From Eledone cirrhosa (taxonomy: Eukaryota), in assembly GCA_964016885.1 (NCBI GenBank), contig OZ024740.1, forward strand, positions 123,256,001 through 123,320,000: a stretch of DNA of 64,000 nt, read 5' to 3'. The notes under the pieces were generated by a model. That model worked only from the letters and a program-made list of their open reading frames with translations, had not been told where the DNA came from and did not search any database. Below, one piece after another: positions 36,501-49,939 of the stretch. Made by a program: the position numbers and the translations under genes. The stretch's first letter is position 1. Every line of letters begins with the position of its first letter.

Positions 36501-39320
36501 CGAGGACACGGCTACTGGAAGCTAAACGCGTCCTAACAACCAGCCATCGTCAACAACAAGTGGTGGTTTGCTCTGAAAAGAGCGATTAGAATAGAGTCCA
36601 TTAGGTTTAGTAAGGCTTTAGCAATAGAGAAAAATAGAGCAGAGGGAGAATTAGTTAGAAAATTAGACGAGGCGTTTAGCAAAGGCATTGCGACCGACGT
36701 ACTTGCGGTGAAATTGGCCCTTGATCAATTCTTCAATGCAAAGCACGAAGGCTGCGTTGTCAGAGCTAGGGTGCGTGCTCTCAGACACGAGGGGACGAAA
36801 GCCGTTCAATGGGCCCGAGTGGAGGAGGCGCGTCGTGGCAACAAAGCCACGATCCGGTCTTTGGTGGAGCACTACAGGGGCATGCTACTCGATCCCGGGC
36901 AAATGTGTGCAGCTTTTCAGCGACACTTCGCTCAACTGTTCGGGAGCAGCGGCGGGTCGGGTCGAGGGATGTACTTTAGTGTCTACCTCGTGGGACTGCC
37001 GCGGCTCTCGGCCACTGAGGCGGAGTGTTGCAAAAGGCCGATAACAGCCGCTGAAGTACGGGAGGCAATGACTGGCTGCACAAGGGGTAAATCACCTGGT
37101 TTGGATGGTCTGCCCTATGAACTTTACGTACAGATGCCAGACTTGTTCAGAGGCCTCTTGGCGGACGTCTACTGCAACTGGCAACAGAACGGGAGAATTC
37201 TCAGATCTGTGAGCCGAGGAGCGGTGGCGCTGCTGACAAAGGATCCAAACAAGGGGGATAACATAGATAATTTCAGGCCCATAACTCTGCTAAACACACA
37301 GTTCATGATTTTGGCCAAGGTGCTAGCAAAGACGTTGGCGCTTGTCGTTGGTGGTCTGGTGGGAGAGGCGCAGATATTCGCCATTCCCGACAGATCCATC
37401 CACGACAACCTCCACCTCATGCGATACATCATACAGAGGGTAGCTAGGGAACCTTGCACGGGTGGGTCCTTGATCTATTTTGATCAGTCGAAAGCTTTCG
37501 ATAGGGTCGACCATCGTTACCTAGCGGCAGCCCTGAGGACGGCTGGTTTTGGGCCCGTCTTCAGAGGCTGGATCGCTGCCATGCACAGCGACATCTGCTC
37601 TGTGGTGAGAGTCAACGGTCACCTTTCGGAACCATTCAACATCATGCGCTCGGTCCGCCAAGGATGTCCCCTCTCGTCCCTCTTGTACGTATTGAGTTTC
37701 CAGCCATTACTGCACAAACTGTAGACGTTGAGGGGCGTCCCACGCGAACTAGGATGCGGAAGATCCGTGTCAGCCTATGCGGACGGTGTCACCGTAGTGG
37801 TGTCGAACGCCAAACACATCGAGGCGATCGGCACTACACTAAGAGAATACGAAGCGGTGACAGGAGCAATGATGAACCAGGAAATCTCAGTGGGCCTGCA
37901 GCTCGGCACCTGGAGAGGCAGGTCCATGCCGTCCAACAACGTCGTCGGATGCTGGACGGACGGACCGGTTAAATTGCTAGGGGTCTGGTTCGGTCCGGAC
38001 GTCCAGACGGACAAAAACTGGGACGAAGTGACGAGCAGTGTGGCTTCTCTCACCCAGACATGGGCGGAGAGGAAGCTATCCCTGCAAGGCGTCGCTTGAC
38101 TGCGCTGGAGCATTTGCTCTTTCGCTTTTTGTGGAAGGGACGCGCTCCGATGGTCAGGCGGTCCATCTGCTGTCAACACCCGCTACGGGGATGGCCGGGC
38201 ATGCCGTGGCAGTGATGCGCAGACACGCGCTCAGGCTACGACATCTGCACCTTTTCCTCGACGGTGATCACGTGTGGTCGCCCTTTGCTTGACGCGTCTT
38301 TCCCCAGCTCGTCTCCTTGACGGAGCTGCAGTCCTGGGTCAAGTGAAGACCGAGACCGAGCGCTTGGAGACTGGAATGACTTCAGGCGCTCACAGCCCTC
38401 GACCACTCGGGAAATGTGATCGCTGGAAACTCTACCTTGGCGTTTTATAGAGGATTATTGGAGGGGAAGAGCGACGACGTAATTGGGGAAACTCTAGGCG
38501 TCGACGAGAATCAACTAGCCAATCTCTTCGGAAGAACTTTCGAGCGGGGCCTATGGACAACTTCCAGATATCCCTGGCCTGGGAGTGCTACCGCGGAGCT
38601 TTGCCAGTTTGTGATAAATTCTACAGGCATGGAGGTGCCGTCAGCCGGGCATGACCGAGATGCGCGCAGGGCGACGAAACCGTCCTGCACGCACTCGTCC
38701 AGTGTCCGAGCATTGCTGACTTGTGGGTTTATGTCGAACACCTGCTGTCACGTGTAGGACGGATCCAGCTATCAGCTGACTCCATTGTGAGGATTGCTCC
38801 GCCCTCTTCCTTTAGCCGGGAATGGCAGGCAGTTTTTATCTGTCTGGTGGCTATGGCGAAAGAGATAGTATAGTGGACACGTTTGAAAGGACTGAAGACG
38901 AGCACTTACCTCTTCGGTGATGCCCTGATTAACTTTTTCATATTTCATTTAAATAGGAAAATCAGGGTAGAAAGGGAAGTGCTCTCTTCCCAGCATTTTG
39001 TTCAAAGATGGGTGAGAGAGGCAAGAATGGCCCGAGTGAATGGGCCTACTCTGAGTATGTGTCTGTAAATTAAAGGTGGAAAACTGGGAGAGGGCACTTG
39101 CTCTGGTGGTCAGGGACACTGTGGCTTTTTAATGGGCTTTCTTCACAAATGTCCCTCGGAAGCCTCCCGCCTATTGGGGAATTTTTTCTTTGTTCTATTA
39201 TTACATCCTCTGTTTCTTGTTTTTTACACGCAGAAATGCCCATTTGTACCGCCCTGTATTGTCTTGTACTGTCCTTAATGTCTACTTTATGTAGACCCTT
39301 GTGGTTAATAAAGAAAGCAT
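33577..39320 (+). mobile_element. L1/Tx1-type LINE copy B, full length, disrupted
   Basis: Same 5' start as copy C (ggcgacctacgtagtaaatcg). ORF1, then ORF2 with APE, RT (KSPGLDGLP, QGCPLS, YADG) and C-terminal zinc finger. Ends aataaagaaagca(tta)n. Confidence 0.95.
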
Positions 39321-39342
39321 TATTATTATTATTATTATTATT

Positions 39343-40559
39343 CTTTGAGTGACAGTCATTGATGTTAGTTAACTGGAAAGTTTGTTGAAATGAATATCAA
39401 GCCACTACCTGCAGCCTCATATATTCAGGACGTATCGGAGGGTTCTTGCTGTTCCCAGCACGCATGCCTTTTGAAGCATTCCAAAAAGCGTGAAGGGGCC
39501 AATTTTCTTTAACCATCCCTGGAAATTTTTTGAGATAGTCCCTAGTGCGCCTATGACTTCATGGCAGTTCCAAATCCTTTTTACCTCCCACTTTAAGTTC
39601 AGGTATCGCTTAATTTTCTCCCTCTCCTTCTTTTGCACTCTCGTGTCGAATGGGCAGGCCACATCCACAATCAGGCACGATTTTTTTTCTTTGTCCACAA
39701 CCACCAGGTCAGGTCTATTGTGTTCCAGTTTCTTGTCCGTCTGTATCCTAAAATCCCACAGCACCTTCACCTGATCGTTTTCTATCACCGACTCTGGCTT
39801 ATGCTCATACCACTTCTCAGAATGTGGTAGATTGTTTACTTTGCATAGGTGCCAGTGGATCACCCTACCCATCACATCATGTCTCCAGCCCTTATAGTGA
39901 GTCTGGGTTAGGTGTTTACACTCGGATACAATGTGAGCCACAGTCTCCTCTCTCTACAGATCCTGCACAGTGGGCTAGCCTCCTCCTTGTAAATATGGAG
40001 TTTCAACCACTTCGTTTTGAGGGCCTGCTCCTGCGCAGCCATTAACATTCCTTCTGTAGCCTTTTTAAGGTCTCCTCTTTTCAACCAGTTCCATGTCCGT
40101 GGATCTCTAAATCCAGTTTTCTCAAAGAAGGTACTATGAAGGGATTTTTCCTGAAGGATGCTCTTTCTCCTTGATGTTATTTCCTCCTTGGACATCCCCT
40201 GGCCTATTGTCCCCTCCTTCAGTACAGTTCTGAGCATTGGCTATCAGTCACGTATTTGTGTAGGTTGTTATTCTCCATCTGAACACAGTCGTCTATGCTG
40301 ATAAGACCTCTTCCAGCTTCAGATCTCCTTAAGTAGAGTCTATCGACATCACTCCTCTTGTGGAACATGTTGTAGATAGTCAATAGCTTCCTAGTCTTCC
40401 TATCCATTTCTTTTTGTTCAGCAACATTCCATCTCAGAATTCCCGCACTGTACCTAATAATAGACACAGCTCGGGAATTTACTGCACTTATGGCATTCCT
40501 ACTGTTCAGATGTGACTTTAAAACGCTCCTTACTCTCCGAATGTATTCAGTTCTTATCA

Positions 40560-40560
<1 letters not shown>
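39343..40560 (-). mobile_element. 5'-truncated R4/Dong-type element, same family as 61110-63872
   Basis: [19 protein letters not shown]…IVDVACP. The 3'UTR matches 63798-63872. Sits inside the (TTA)n array between LINE copies B and C. Confidence 0.93.
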
Positions 40561-40607
<47 letters not shown>

Positions 40608-40817
40608 GGCGACCTACGTAGTAAATCGTATCATCGTGAGCTCCGCAAAGGTTTGTTATTTCCGTTTGTTAAAAATTGCCATTTATGGAAAATTTTTATT
40701 GTTAACTATATATAAGCGCACATACATTGTTTTCCGAAAAGGACACCCAAAACGATTGGGGCCTTGTGCCCAAAATTTAAACATTTATGATTATCAAAAA
40801 ATTTCTTTGAAAAAGAA

Positions 40818-42775
40818 ATGGCTAATTCACCTCTGCACCAAGCAGCTGAAAGCCTTCCTCACAAATTAACACCTCACACCGACACCACCATTGTAAATGT
40901 TACTACGTTTGCCAACACTAAAAAAAATATAAGCAGTAGCAATATTTTAAATTTGTCTAAGGCAGACATTCATTTCCCGCCATTACCAATGACTGCAGGT
41001 GTTAAAGCCTCCACCACAACCACCGCCACCACCGCGACAACCCCAACCCCCACCAACACCGCGACAACAGAAACAAAAGGAAAAATAATTTCAACCAAAA
41101 TGGACTTCCACACCGAACACCACTGACGTCACCACCACCACAACTGAAACTAAAATTAATAATAACAAAAATAACGTTAGCAACAACAACAACAATGACA
41201 TTAAAAAAACCACCCTGAGTTTTGCCAGAGTAGCAAAACAGTTCGAAGCATTTATGGTAACTCAGGAGGATTTAGAAAATGCCAAACAAATGGTAAAGAA
41301 AGATGGGTACAGGGTCAGCTTCACCCCCCCCCCCACCAAATAAAATGGAGCATCGGCGCCTATGCACCGTGTCGTATCGAACAATAAATGTAAAATCGCG
41401 CCGAGTGAAACGGGCATCCGAGTCCCAAATCCAAAAGGCTTTGGGACATGTGTGGGCAAGAAAAACCCACATCAGACGTGGGCAGAAGTATGGAACCGTG
41501 GACGTGTTCTTTGAAACACCAGAGGAGGCTAGAGAACACTCCATGGCCCCATTAAGAAGTGACGACTTCACACTTGTCCCAAGCTATTGTGGCCAGAGAC
41601 ACGTAAAGATCAGGGTGACCCACGTTCCACCGGCCATCGAAATTCCCTGGCTAATAGCGGCTGTCCTCGCCGGCATCGAAGCCAACACAAAGATAATAGC
41701 AATAGCAAAAGAAAAGCAGGAGAACTGGTCCGGATCTGGGATGGAGCTGCTGATCCAAGCGGACCAAAAAAGCATTGAGGAGATCCCAGAGGTAATAGAC
41801 CTCACTGACGGCAGCCACTGAGGGCAGAAGGCCTAGGTGTGTCGTTTGTGGTGAAGGAACCCACCTAAGGGCTTTCTGCCCTCAGGCTAAAAGGTTGAGG
41901 CCACCTCTCCTACCCACCCCAGTGACACAACCATCAACACCACCAGTAGCAGAGATGGCAGCAGCAACTGTAGCAGCAACAACAGAAGCAACTATAACAG
42001 CAACAACCCCAGCAACAGCAGCAAACCAACACCACCACCACCAGCAAAACCAACACCACCACCACCTAACGCTTCAGAACTAGTACCAGCGCCTACACCA
42101 TCCACCACGCCACAACCAAAACTAACGCCTGTGGAGGATTTTCCACTCCCCGGCCTATCACAACTGGAGACAGATTGTGACGACGAGTAGTGGGAAACGG
42201 TATCAGGGGAAAAAAAAAGAAACCAAAAAAGAAAAAATTCTCTTCCTTCCCCCTCCAAAAACAAAATACAGAGGGAAACAAATAAATTAACAAACAAAAA
42301 AGTTAGGACAGATATGCCACCATCCACACCAGCATCACCAACCACATCAACCCAAACACCAACACCATCACCATCATTAACCCCAACACCACCATCACCT
42401 ACACCACAAAAGTCACCAAAATGCGAAACAGAAACAAACACACAACAAAAGCAAACAAAACAAAACAACCAAAACAATACACACTACACAGCATTAAATT
42501 TGAACAACAAACAATTATTACACTACATCCAACACAACACCAGCATCACAGAAAAAGACTACACAACAACCCAACAATTCACACCACCTCCACACATACA
42601 AATCACTCGCATCACACAGAAAACGTACATGACACTAAAACAAAAATTCCCCAAAGACATCGGAGACTTCCGACAAGCACTCTCCAGGAGGATTTATAAG
42701 GACATCCTTCCTGAGGAGGCCACAAGCAGTGAAAAGGATGGAAAAACCGTCCTTCCCCTACGAGAAGTAAGGTAA
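40818..42775 (+). pseudogene. LINE ORF1 (RRM-like region, CCHC knuckle, Pro/Thr-rich linker)
   Basis: GRRPRCVVCGEGTHLRAFCP (C-X2-C-X4-H-X4-C) at ~41822-41882. Homologous segments in copy B. Frameshifted. Confidence 0.8.
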
Positions 42776-42809
42776 GTGGTCTTTCCCATCTTTTCCACTC
42801 CTTTTCAAC

Positions 42810-45800
42810 ATGACCTCACTCAGAATAGGCAGCATAAATGCGCGTGGCTTGGGGTCGTCATGGAAGCAGGGCCACCTGCTCAACGACCTCAGGTCACTAA
42901 ACATAGATGTAGTGGCCATCAGCGAGGCCAGAATCTCCGAAGCACGGGCCTTCGCACCGATCTTCGGCGGCTACGATGTGTACGCATCACCCAGCCGTCC
43001 GGGATCGGGGGGTGGAGTTGCTGTGCTTTTTCGGAGAGGTTTGGATCTTGCCATACGGTCCATCTTCGTGGACCTAGAAGGTAAATTGGTGGTGCTGGAC
43101 GTGACCAGCGGAGACAGGCAAGCTTTCAGGTTAGTGGCCGTCTATGCCCCCACAGGAGCAGGGCGGCCTGATTTCTTCCGGCGTCTGGAGACCTTTCTTG
43201 GAACGTCCCGCTCTTTAGAGTTAGTGGGCGACTGGAACGGGATCTTAGATGCACGCTGGGATTGTGTGGGATTAGTGGATAGGGAAAGAGGGTGCAAGAG
43301 TCTCACCAACCTGCTCAGGCGTTTTGAACTGTCTGACAGGTACTGAATAGATTTCCGGAATGTACCAATGTGGACTTGGACAAATCGCATAGGGTCATCC
43401 AGATCATATCTAGATAGAGTATTTTGTAGGGAAATAGATAGGTCTAGCATAGGCTGTCCACAGTTCAAGATAGTCAGCTACACGGACCATAAATTCGTGA
43501 TCTGTGTGCTTGACTTAGATAGGCTTCATAGACGAGGACCCGGCTACTGGAAGCTAAACGCGTCCTTACCAGCGCGCAAGGCCTACAGAGACCGGATTAG
43601 CGAACTAGTTAAGCGGGCGTTGACGGGGGCCATCGTCAACAACAAGTGGTGGTTTGCTCTGAAAAGAGCAATTAGAATAGAGTCCATTAGGTTTAGTAAG
43701 GCTTTAGCAATAGAGAAAAATAGAGCAGAGGGAGAATTAGTTAGAAAACTAGACGAGGCGCTTAGCAAAGGCATCGCGACCGACGTACTTGCGGCGAAAT
43801 TGGCCCTTGACCAATTCTTCAATGCAAAGCACGAAGGCTGCGTTGTCAGAGCTAGGGTGCGGGCTCTCAGACACGAGGGGACGAAAGCCGTTCAATGGGC
43901 CCGAGTGGCGGAGGCGCGTCGTGGCAATAAATCCACGATCCGGTCTTTGGTGGACCACGACGGGCGCATGCTACTCGATCCCGGGCAAATGTGTGAAGCT
44001 TTTCAGCGACACTTCGCTCAACTGTTCGGGGGCAGTGGCGGGCCGGATCGAGGGATGGACTTTAGTGTCTACCTCGACGGACTGCCGCGGCTTTCGGCCA
44101 CTGACGCGGAGTGTTGCGAAAAGCCGATAACAACCGCTGAAGTACGGGAGGCAATGACTGGCTGCACAAGGGGTAAATCGCCTGGTTTAGATGGTCTGCC
44201 CTATGAACTTTACGTACAAATGCCAGACTTGTTCGGAGGCCTCTTGGCGGACGTCTACTGCAACTGGCAACAGAACGGGAGTATTCCCAGCTCTGTGAGC
44301 CGAGGAGCGGTGGCGCTGCTGAGAAAGGATCCGAACAAGGGGGATAACATAAATAATTTTAGGCCCATAACTCTGCTAAACACAGAGTTCAAGATTTTGG
44401 ACAAGGTGCTAGCAAAGAGGTTGGCGCTTGTCGTTGGTGGTCTGGTGAGAGAGGCACAGACATGCGCCATTCCCGACAGATCCATCCACGACAACCTCCA
44501 CCTCATGCGATACATCGTAGAGAGGGTAGCTAGGGAACCTGGCACGGTTGGGTCTTTGATCAATTTAGATCAGTCGAAAGCCTTCGATAGGGTCGACCAT
44601 CGTTACCTCGCGGCAGTCCTGAGGGCGGCTGGCTTTGGGCCCGTCTTCAGAGGCTGGATCGCTGCCATGCACAGCTACATCTGCTCTGTAGTGAGAGTGA
44701 ACGGTCACCTTTCGGAACCGTTCAACATCATGCGCTTGGTCCGCTAAGGATGTCCCCTCTCGTCCCTATTGTACGTATTGACTCTCGAGCCATTACTGCA
44801 CAAACTGGAGACGTTGAGGGGGGTCCCGCGCGAACTAGTATGCGGAAGATCCGTGTCAGCATATGCGGACGATGTCACAGTAGTGGTGTCGAACGCCAAA
44901 CATATCGAGGCGATCGGCACTACACTAAGAGAATACGAAGCGATGACAGGAGCAATGATCAACCAGGAATAGTCAGTGGGCCTGCAGCTCGGCACCTGGA
45001 GAGGCAGGTCCATGCCGTCCAACAGCGTCGTCGGGCGCTGGACGGACGGACCGGTTAAATTGCTAGGGGTCTGGTTCGGTCCAGACCTCCAGACCGACAA
45101 AAACTGGGACGAGGTGACGAGCAGGCTGGCTTCTCTCACCCAGAAATGGGCCGAGAGGAAGCTATCCCTGAAAGGTCGAGCGGAGGTGGCTAACGCGTAC
45201 ATCGCGTCCGTCATCTACTATCGCCTGACCGTCGTACCTTGTCCTAAGCCCCACCTGACTGCACTGGAGCGTTTGCTCTTTCGCTTTTTGTCGAAGGGAC
45301 GCGCTCCGATGGTCAGGATGTCCATCTGCTGTCAACACCCGCTACGTGGAGGGCTGGGCATGCCGTGGCTGATGATCCGCAGACACGTGCTGAGGCTACG
45401 ACATCTCCACCTCTTCCTCGACGGTGATCAGGTGTGGTCGCCGTTTGCTATACACGTTTTTCCCCAGCTCGTCTCCTTGACGGAGCTGCAGTCCTTGTTC
45501 AAGCGAAGACCGAGAGGGAGCGCTTGGAGACTGGAATGTCTTCAGGCGCTCACAGCCCTCGACCAATCGGGCAATGTGATCGGTGGAAACTCCACCTTGG
45601 CGTTCTATAGGGGATTAGTGGAGGGTAAGAGCAACGACGTACTTGGAGAAATTCTAGGCGTCGACGAAAATCAACTAGCCAATCTCTTCGGAAGGACTTT
45701 CGGGCCGGGGCCTATGGACAACTTCCAGAAATCTCTGGCCTCGCAGTGCTACCGGGGTGGTTTGCCAGTTCGGAATAAACTCTACAGGCATGGAGGTGCC

Positions 45801-46209
45801 GTCAGCCGGGCATGTCCGAGATGCGCACAGGGCGACGAAACCGTCCTGCACGCACTCGTCCAGTGTCCGAGCTTTGCTGACTTGTGGGTTTATGTCGAAC
45901 ACCTGCTGTCACGTGTAGGACGGATCCAGCTATCAGCTGAGTCCATCGTTAGGATTGCCCCGCCCTCTTCCTTTAGCCGGGAAGGGCAGGCAGTTTTTAT
46001 CTGTCTGGTGGCCATGGCGAAAGAGATAGTATGGTGGACACGTTTGAAAGGGCTGAAGACGAGCACTGATTAACTTTTTCAAATTTCATTTGAAAAGGAA
46101 AATCAGTGTAGAGAGGGAAGTGCTCTCTTCCCAGCATTTTGTTGAAAGATGGGTGAGAGAAGCAAGTATGGCCCGAATGAATGGGCCTTCTCTGAGTATG
46201 TGTCTGTAA
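42810..46209 (+). pseudogene. LINE ORF2 (APE + RT + CCHC), premature stops at ~43346, 44747 and 44972
   Basis: IGSINARGL, AISE, VYAP, VGDWN, SYLDR, TDH, GYWKLN, NFRPITLLN, LDQSKAFDRV, AYADD, GGLG, CPRC…ETVLHALVQC. Confidence 0.92.
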
Positions 46210-46499
46210 ATTAAAGGTGGAAAACTGGGAGAGGGCACTTGCCCACTGTGGTCTTTTAATGGGCTTTCTCCACAAATGTCCCTCGGAAGTCTCCCCCCTA
46301 TTGGGGAATTTTTCTTTGTTATTTTATTACATCCTGTTTTTTACACGCAGAAATGCCCATTTGTACCGTCCTGTATTGTTCTGTACTGTCCTTAATGTCT
46401 ACTTTATGTAAACCCTTGTGGTTAATAAAGAAAACATTATTATTATTATTATTATTATTATCATTATTATTATTATTATTATTATTACTATCCATAATG

Positions 46500-48110
46500 C
46501 TTTTGTTCTGGCAGATGTTATACTGACATTATACCAAAGGAGCAAGCTCTAGCCAATGGCCTGTGGGTCATTCCTTCTCCTTCAGCTTTTCTGCATCCAA
46601 CCTCCTACTAACTGCTCCCAGTGTGCACACCACAATCAGTTCCAGTTCTACGTATCTGATTCTCCCCTGTTTCCTGATTCCTCTCTTCAGCTCTTAATTT
46701 TTCTCAACAGTAAAGTCATTTCCACAATACATGCCTTGTTATTCTTCTTTTCTCTGACAATAATGCCTATCTAGCCATGATAAAATGTTTGCACTAAATG
46801 TTCATGCCCCACAAAATTGTATACTGCTCATTTTTAGCCCCCCTTTCTGGTTGGTGTTGATACCATTTCTCACTTCTGCTCATATAGTTATAATAGTTTC
46901 CAATGAACCAATCTGGCAATATTGTAATGCCATATCCTGTACTCTTTCTGAGAAGTATTTACATTCACTAATAATGTGGTTTTTTGTCTCATCTTTCTCA
47001 CCACACACCCAACAAACTGGGTAATTCATTGATATGTCAATATTAAACTTGATATAGTTTGTTAAATCTCTGTTTATATTCCTTTGATAATGGTTCTTTC
47101 TTTTCCTGCTCTTTCATTTGTTCTGTTTTCAGGATGCCTAAATACTTATACCCATTGGAATCAATTCCCTTCATAACTTGTCCATCCAGTAATTCAATTC
47201 CTTCTATCTTATTAATTTACCTTGTTTCAGTAGTAGCACCCCACACACTTTTATGCCAAATTCCATTTTGAATGTATGAACTGTGCGTACAAGGGAATCA
47301 ATATGTTCATAGGATTTCCCATAAAGTTTCAGCTCATCCACGAATAGTAGGTGGTTTATTATAAACTCGCATCCTCCCTACTTATAACTAGCCTTTGACC
47401 TGCTAAACACTAATGAAAATTGAACTATACACAGTACAAATAGGAAAGATGAAAGTCTATCTCCCTGGAATATTCCTTTCTTGATCTTCACAAAACCCAA
47501 TGTTTGTCTACATGATGTCATCTCAGTCTTCCAATCACCCATACTATTCACCAGAAACTGTCTCATGTTAGGTACAATACCAAGCATTTTCAAACATTCT
47601 ACTAACTGTGTGGCACCTTGTCATAAGCCTTGCAGTAATCGATCCAGGACATGGCAAGATTTCTGTGTCTCCTTTTACAAACTTTAAGGATCGCCTTATC
47701 AATCAAGAATTGATTCTTAGTCCCATTCTTCTTCTCCTACATCCCTTCTGCTCTGCAGGTAATGTCTGCTCCCTGGGTATTAATACATTGTCTCAGCAAT
47801 GACACCTATCATAAGTCTCCACATAAAGTTGTCAACAGCATTTCCATTGCTGGGGCCCTTCAAACAGAAGATCGTTCTCCCAAAGATTAGCCATTCTAGC
47901 AACCTCTCTTCTTCATTCAAAATCTCATTCAGTTGCTCAGAAATTCTCCTATTAATAGCCTGCAGCTTTCTCAATTAGAATCCTTGCACACCATCTCTGC
48001 TGGGAGCTTTCCAATTTGGTATTTTTCTACACTGGATAGTTACTGTATCAGTTGTTATTTCCAGTTCTCCCTGTTGAATATCCCAATGTCATTTTTTATG
48101 TTAGTCAGCC
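46500..48110 (-). pseudogene. Old R4/Dong-type RT relic
   Basis: [31 protein letters not shown] and NHLLFVDELKL-like remnants. Left end abuts (TTA)n. Confidence 0.75.
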
Positions 48111-49250
48111 AACCTGTGTGACGACAGGGTGGACATGTCTTCAATGGGCATTAGTGCTGTTGATATTGGTACTTTTGTTGTTGTTTCAGTTGTTGATATT
48201 GATGATGTAGATGCTGCTACTGGTGTTGCTGTTGTTCTTCTTAGTGTTAATGATGTAGTTGCTGTCTGGTGTTTGGTGGTTATTATTGGTGAATTTGTTG
48301 GTGTTGGTAGGAGAGGGGCTTTCCTCTCTTTCCCTTTCAGTGATGTGGAGAAGGCTCTGAGGTGAATTGTCAAAGCATCAATGTAAGAATTGGTCTTCCT
48401 TCTTCTATATTATTGGGTTGGATGCTGCTGCCTGGGAGACTTATCAATTCTGGAATGGCATCCACATTCTTTTGTAAGTTTGGATGAGGATTTAAATCCC
48501 CATGCTCGATTAGTTTTTACATTTAGTCTGGTAGACCTTGAGGATTTTCGAGGTTTCCTTGATATCTACTGTGACTGCAACAATTAGCTAAGGAATGGTT
48601 AATTCAGGTGGTATATGTTGTATATTGATCTTTACCAGTCTCTGTCCATAGTAGTAAGGGCCCAGCAGAATATCTTCCCTCTGTAAGGGTTTTAGGGAGT
48701 GAGATCTTGTTCCTCTTCTATAGCAAATATCACCTCCTCTCTGCCCATACTCCTGTTCCAATGTATGTAAGGTTTAGGTTTCATATAGAAGCTAAAGCTT
48801 TATGTATTTGGGTTTCTATGGCTTGCTCTACCTTCATAGTTTTTAAACTAATAATATGGAATGTCACTGTGTGATGGACCATATTTTGGATGGTATCAAC
48901 AAGGATGTTAAGGCTGACAATATGGTTGGCTCTTTTCACCAGCTCTCTAGTTTGTTATACTTCATCCTCATAGTATGTAACCTGTTAGAAAAGTGATGTA
49001 ACACTAGTGAAAGATATTTTTCTGCTAGAAGTCAACATTTTTGGCTGACTTGCTGGCTGGCTCATTGTTGTTATTATGTTATTGCTGTTGTTATTGTTGT
49101 TGCTTTTATTGTTATAGTCATGGTTGTTATCGGCATTTTCAGTTTTATAGCTGTTGTTTTTTCTTTTGTTGTTATCACTATTTTTAGTGTTGTTTTTGTT
49201 TTCATTGTTGTTATTAATATCATATTATTTTCATGTTAATTTAAGAAATT
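48110..49250 (-). mobile_element. Old LINE ORF1-like relic (Thr/Asn-rich), tentative
   Basis: Low-complexity aca/aac-rich minus strand and a PLLPTP motif as in the Tx1-like ORF1. Confidence 0.35.
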
Positions 49251-49660
49251 TTCATTGTTCAATACCTCATTGATAGTTTATATTTTCATTTTTTTCCCTT
49301 TTCTTATTTGGTTAGATGACAGGCAGATGCTGTCATCAACAAACATTTTCACTTGGACAGGGGAAACGTCATCCAACTCTCTATGTGAAATGCTACTGTT
49401 CTTTCCTGTTGTGCTTCGTGGTATCCATGTTAACATTTTTCACTGATGAAAATTAAATGTTGAAATGTTGATATCCTGACACTCCTTAAGGGGTGCCATT
49501 TTTGATGGGATAATGTCACCAACAAATAGTCTGGTGGCTCCACTCTGCCTTTGTCAAATTTAAGAACTTGAACAAAAGGTTTGAACTGATGAAAAAATAA
49601 AATTGTTTAATTTCCAAGAGCTGAGAATAAGCATGTTTCTTACTCAGTTGCAAATAAAAA

Positions 49661-49870
49661 TAATTGTTTCTACTTTAGGCACAGGTTAGCAATTTGAAGT
49701 GGAGGGAAAGTTGATTAAATCAAACCGAATGTATTACTGGGACTTTGTTTTATCGGTCCTGTAAGGAAGAAAGGCAAAGCTAACCGCTGCAAAATTTGAA
49801 CTCGGAACGTAAAGGGTCATAACTCTATGCCATAACCCATCTTGCTCGATGCTTTACCGATACTGTCATT
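49661..49870 (-). mobile_element. CORE-type SINE copy
   Basis: Reverse complement of the 11748/27949 family. More decayed copies at ~51265-51400, 52085-52270, 54690-54830, 55155-55320, 56337-56430 and 59026-59103. Confidence 0.75.
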
Positions 49871-49939
49871 ACATAATTTTAATAATAATAATTTCTTTAA
49901 TAATAATTCATTTGTAATGCTCTACCTATGCTGCCAATT

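Larger units (their letters stand above)
40608..46436 (+). mobile_element. L1/Tx1-type LINE copy C, full length, best preserved
   Basis: (TTA)n on both flanks. Two-ORF structure with only a few lesions. Confidence 0.95.
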
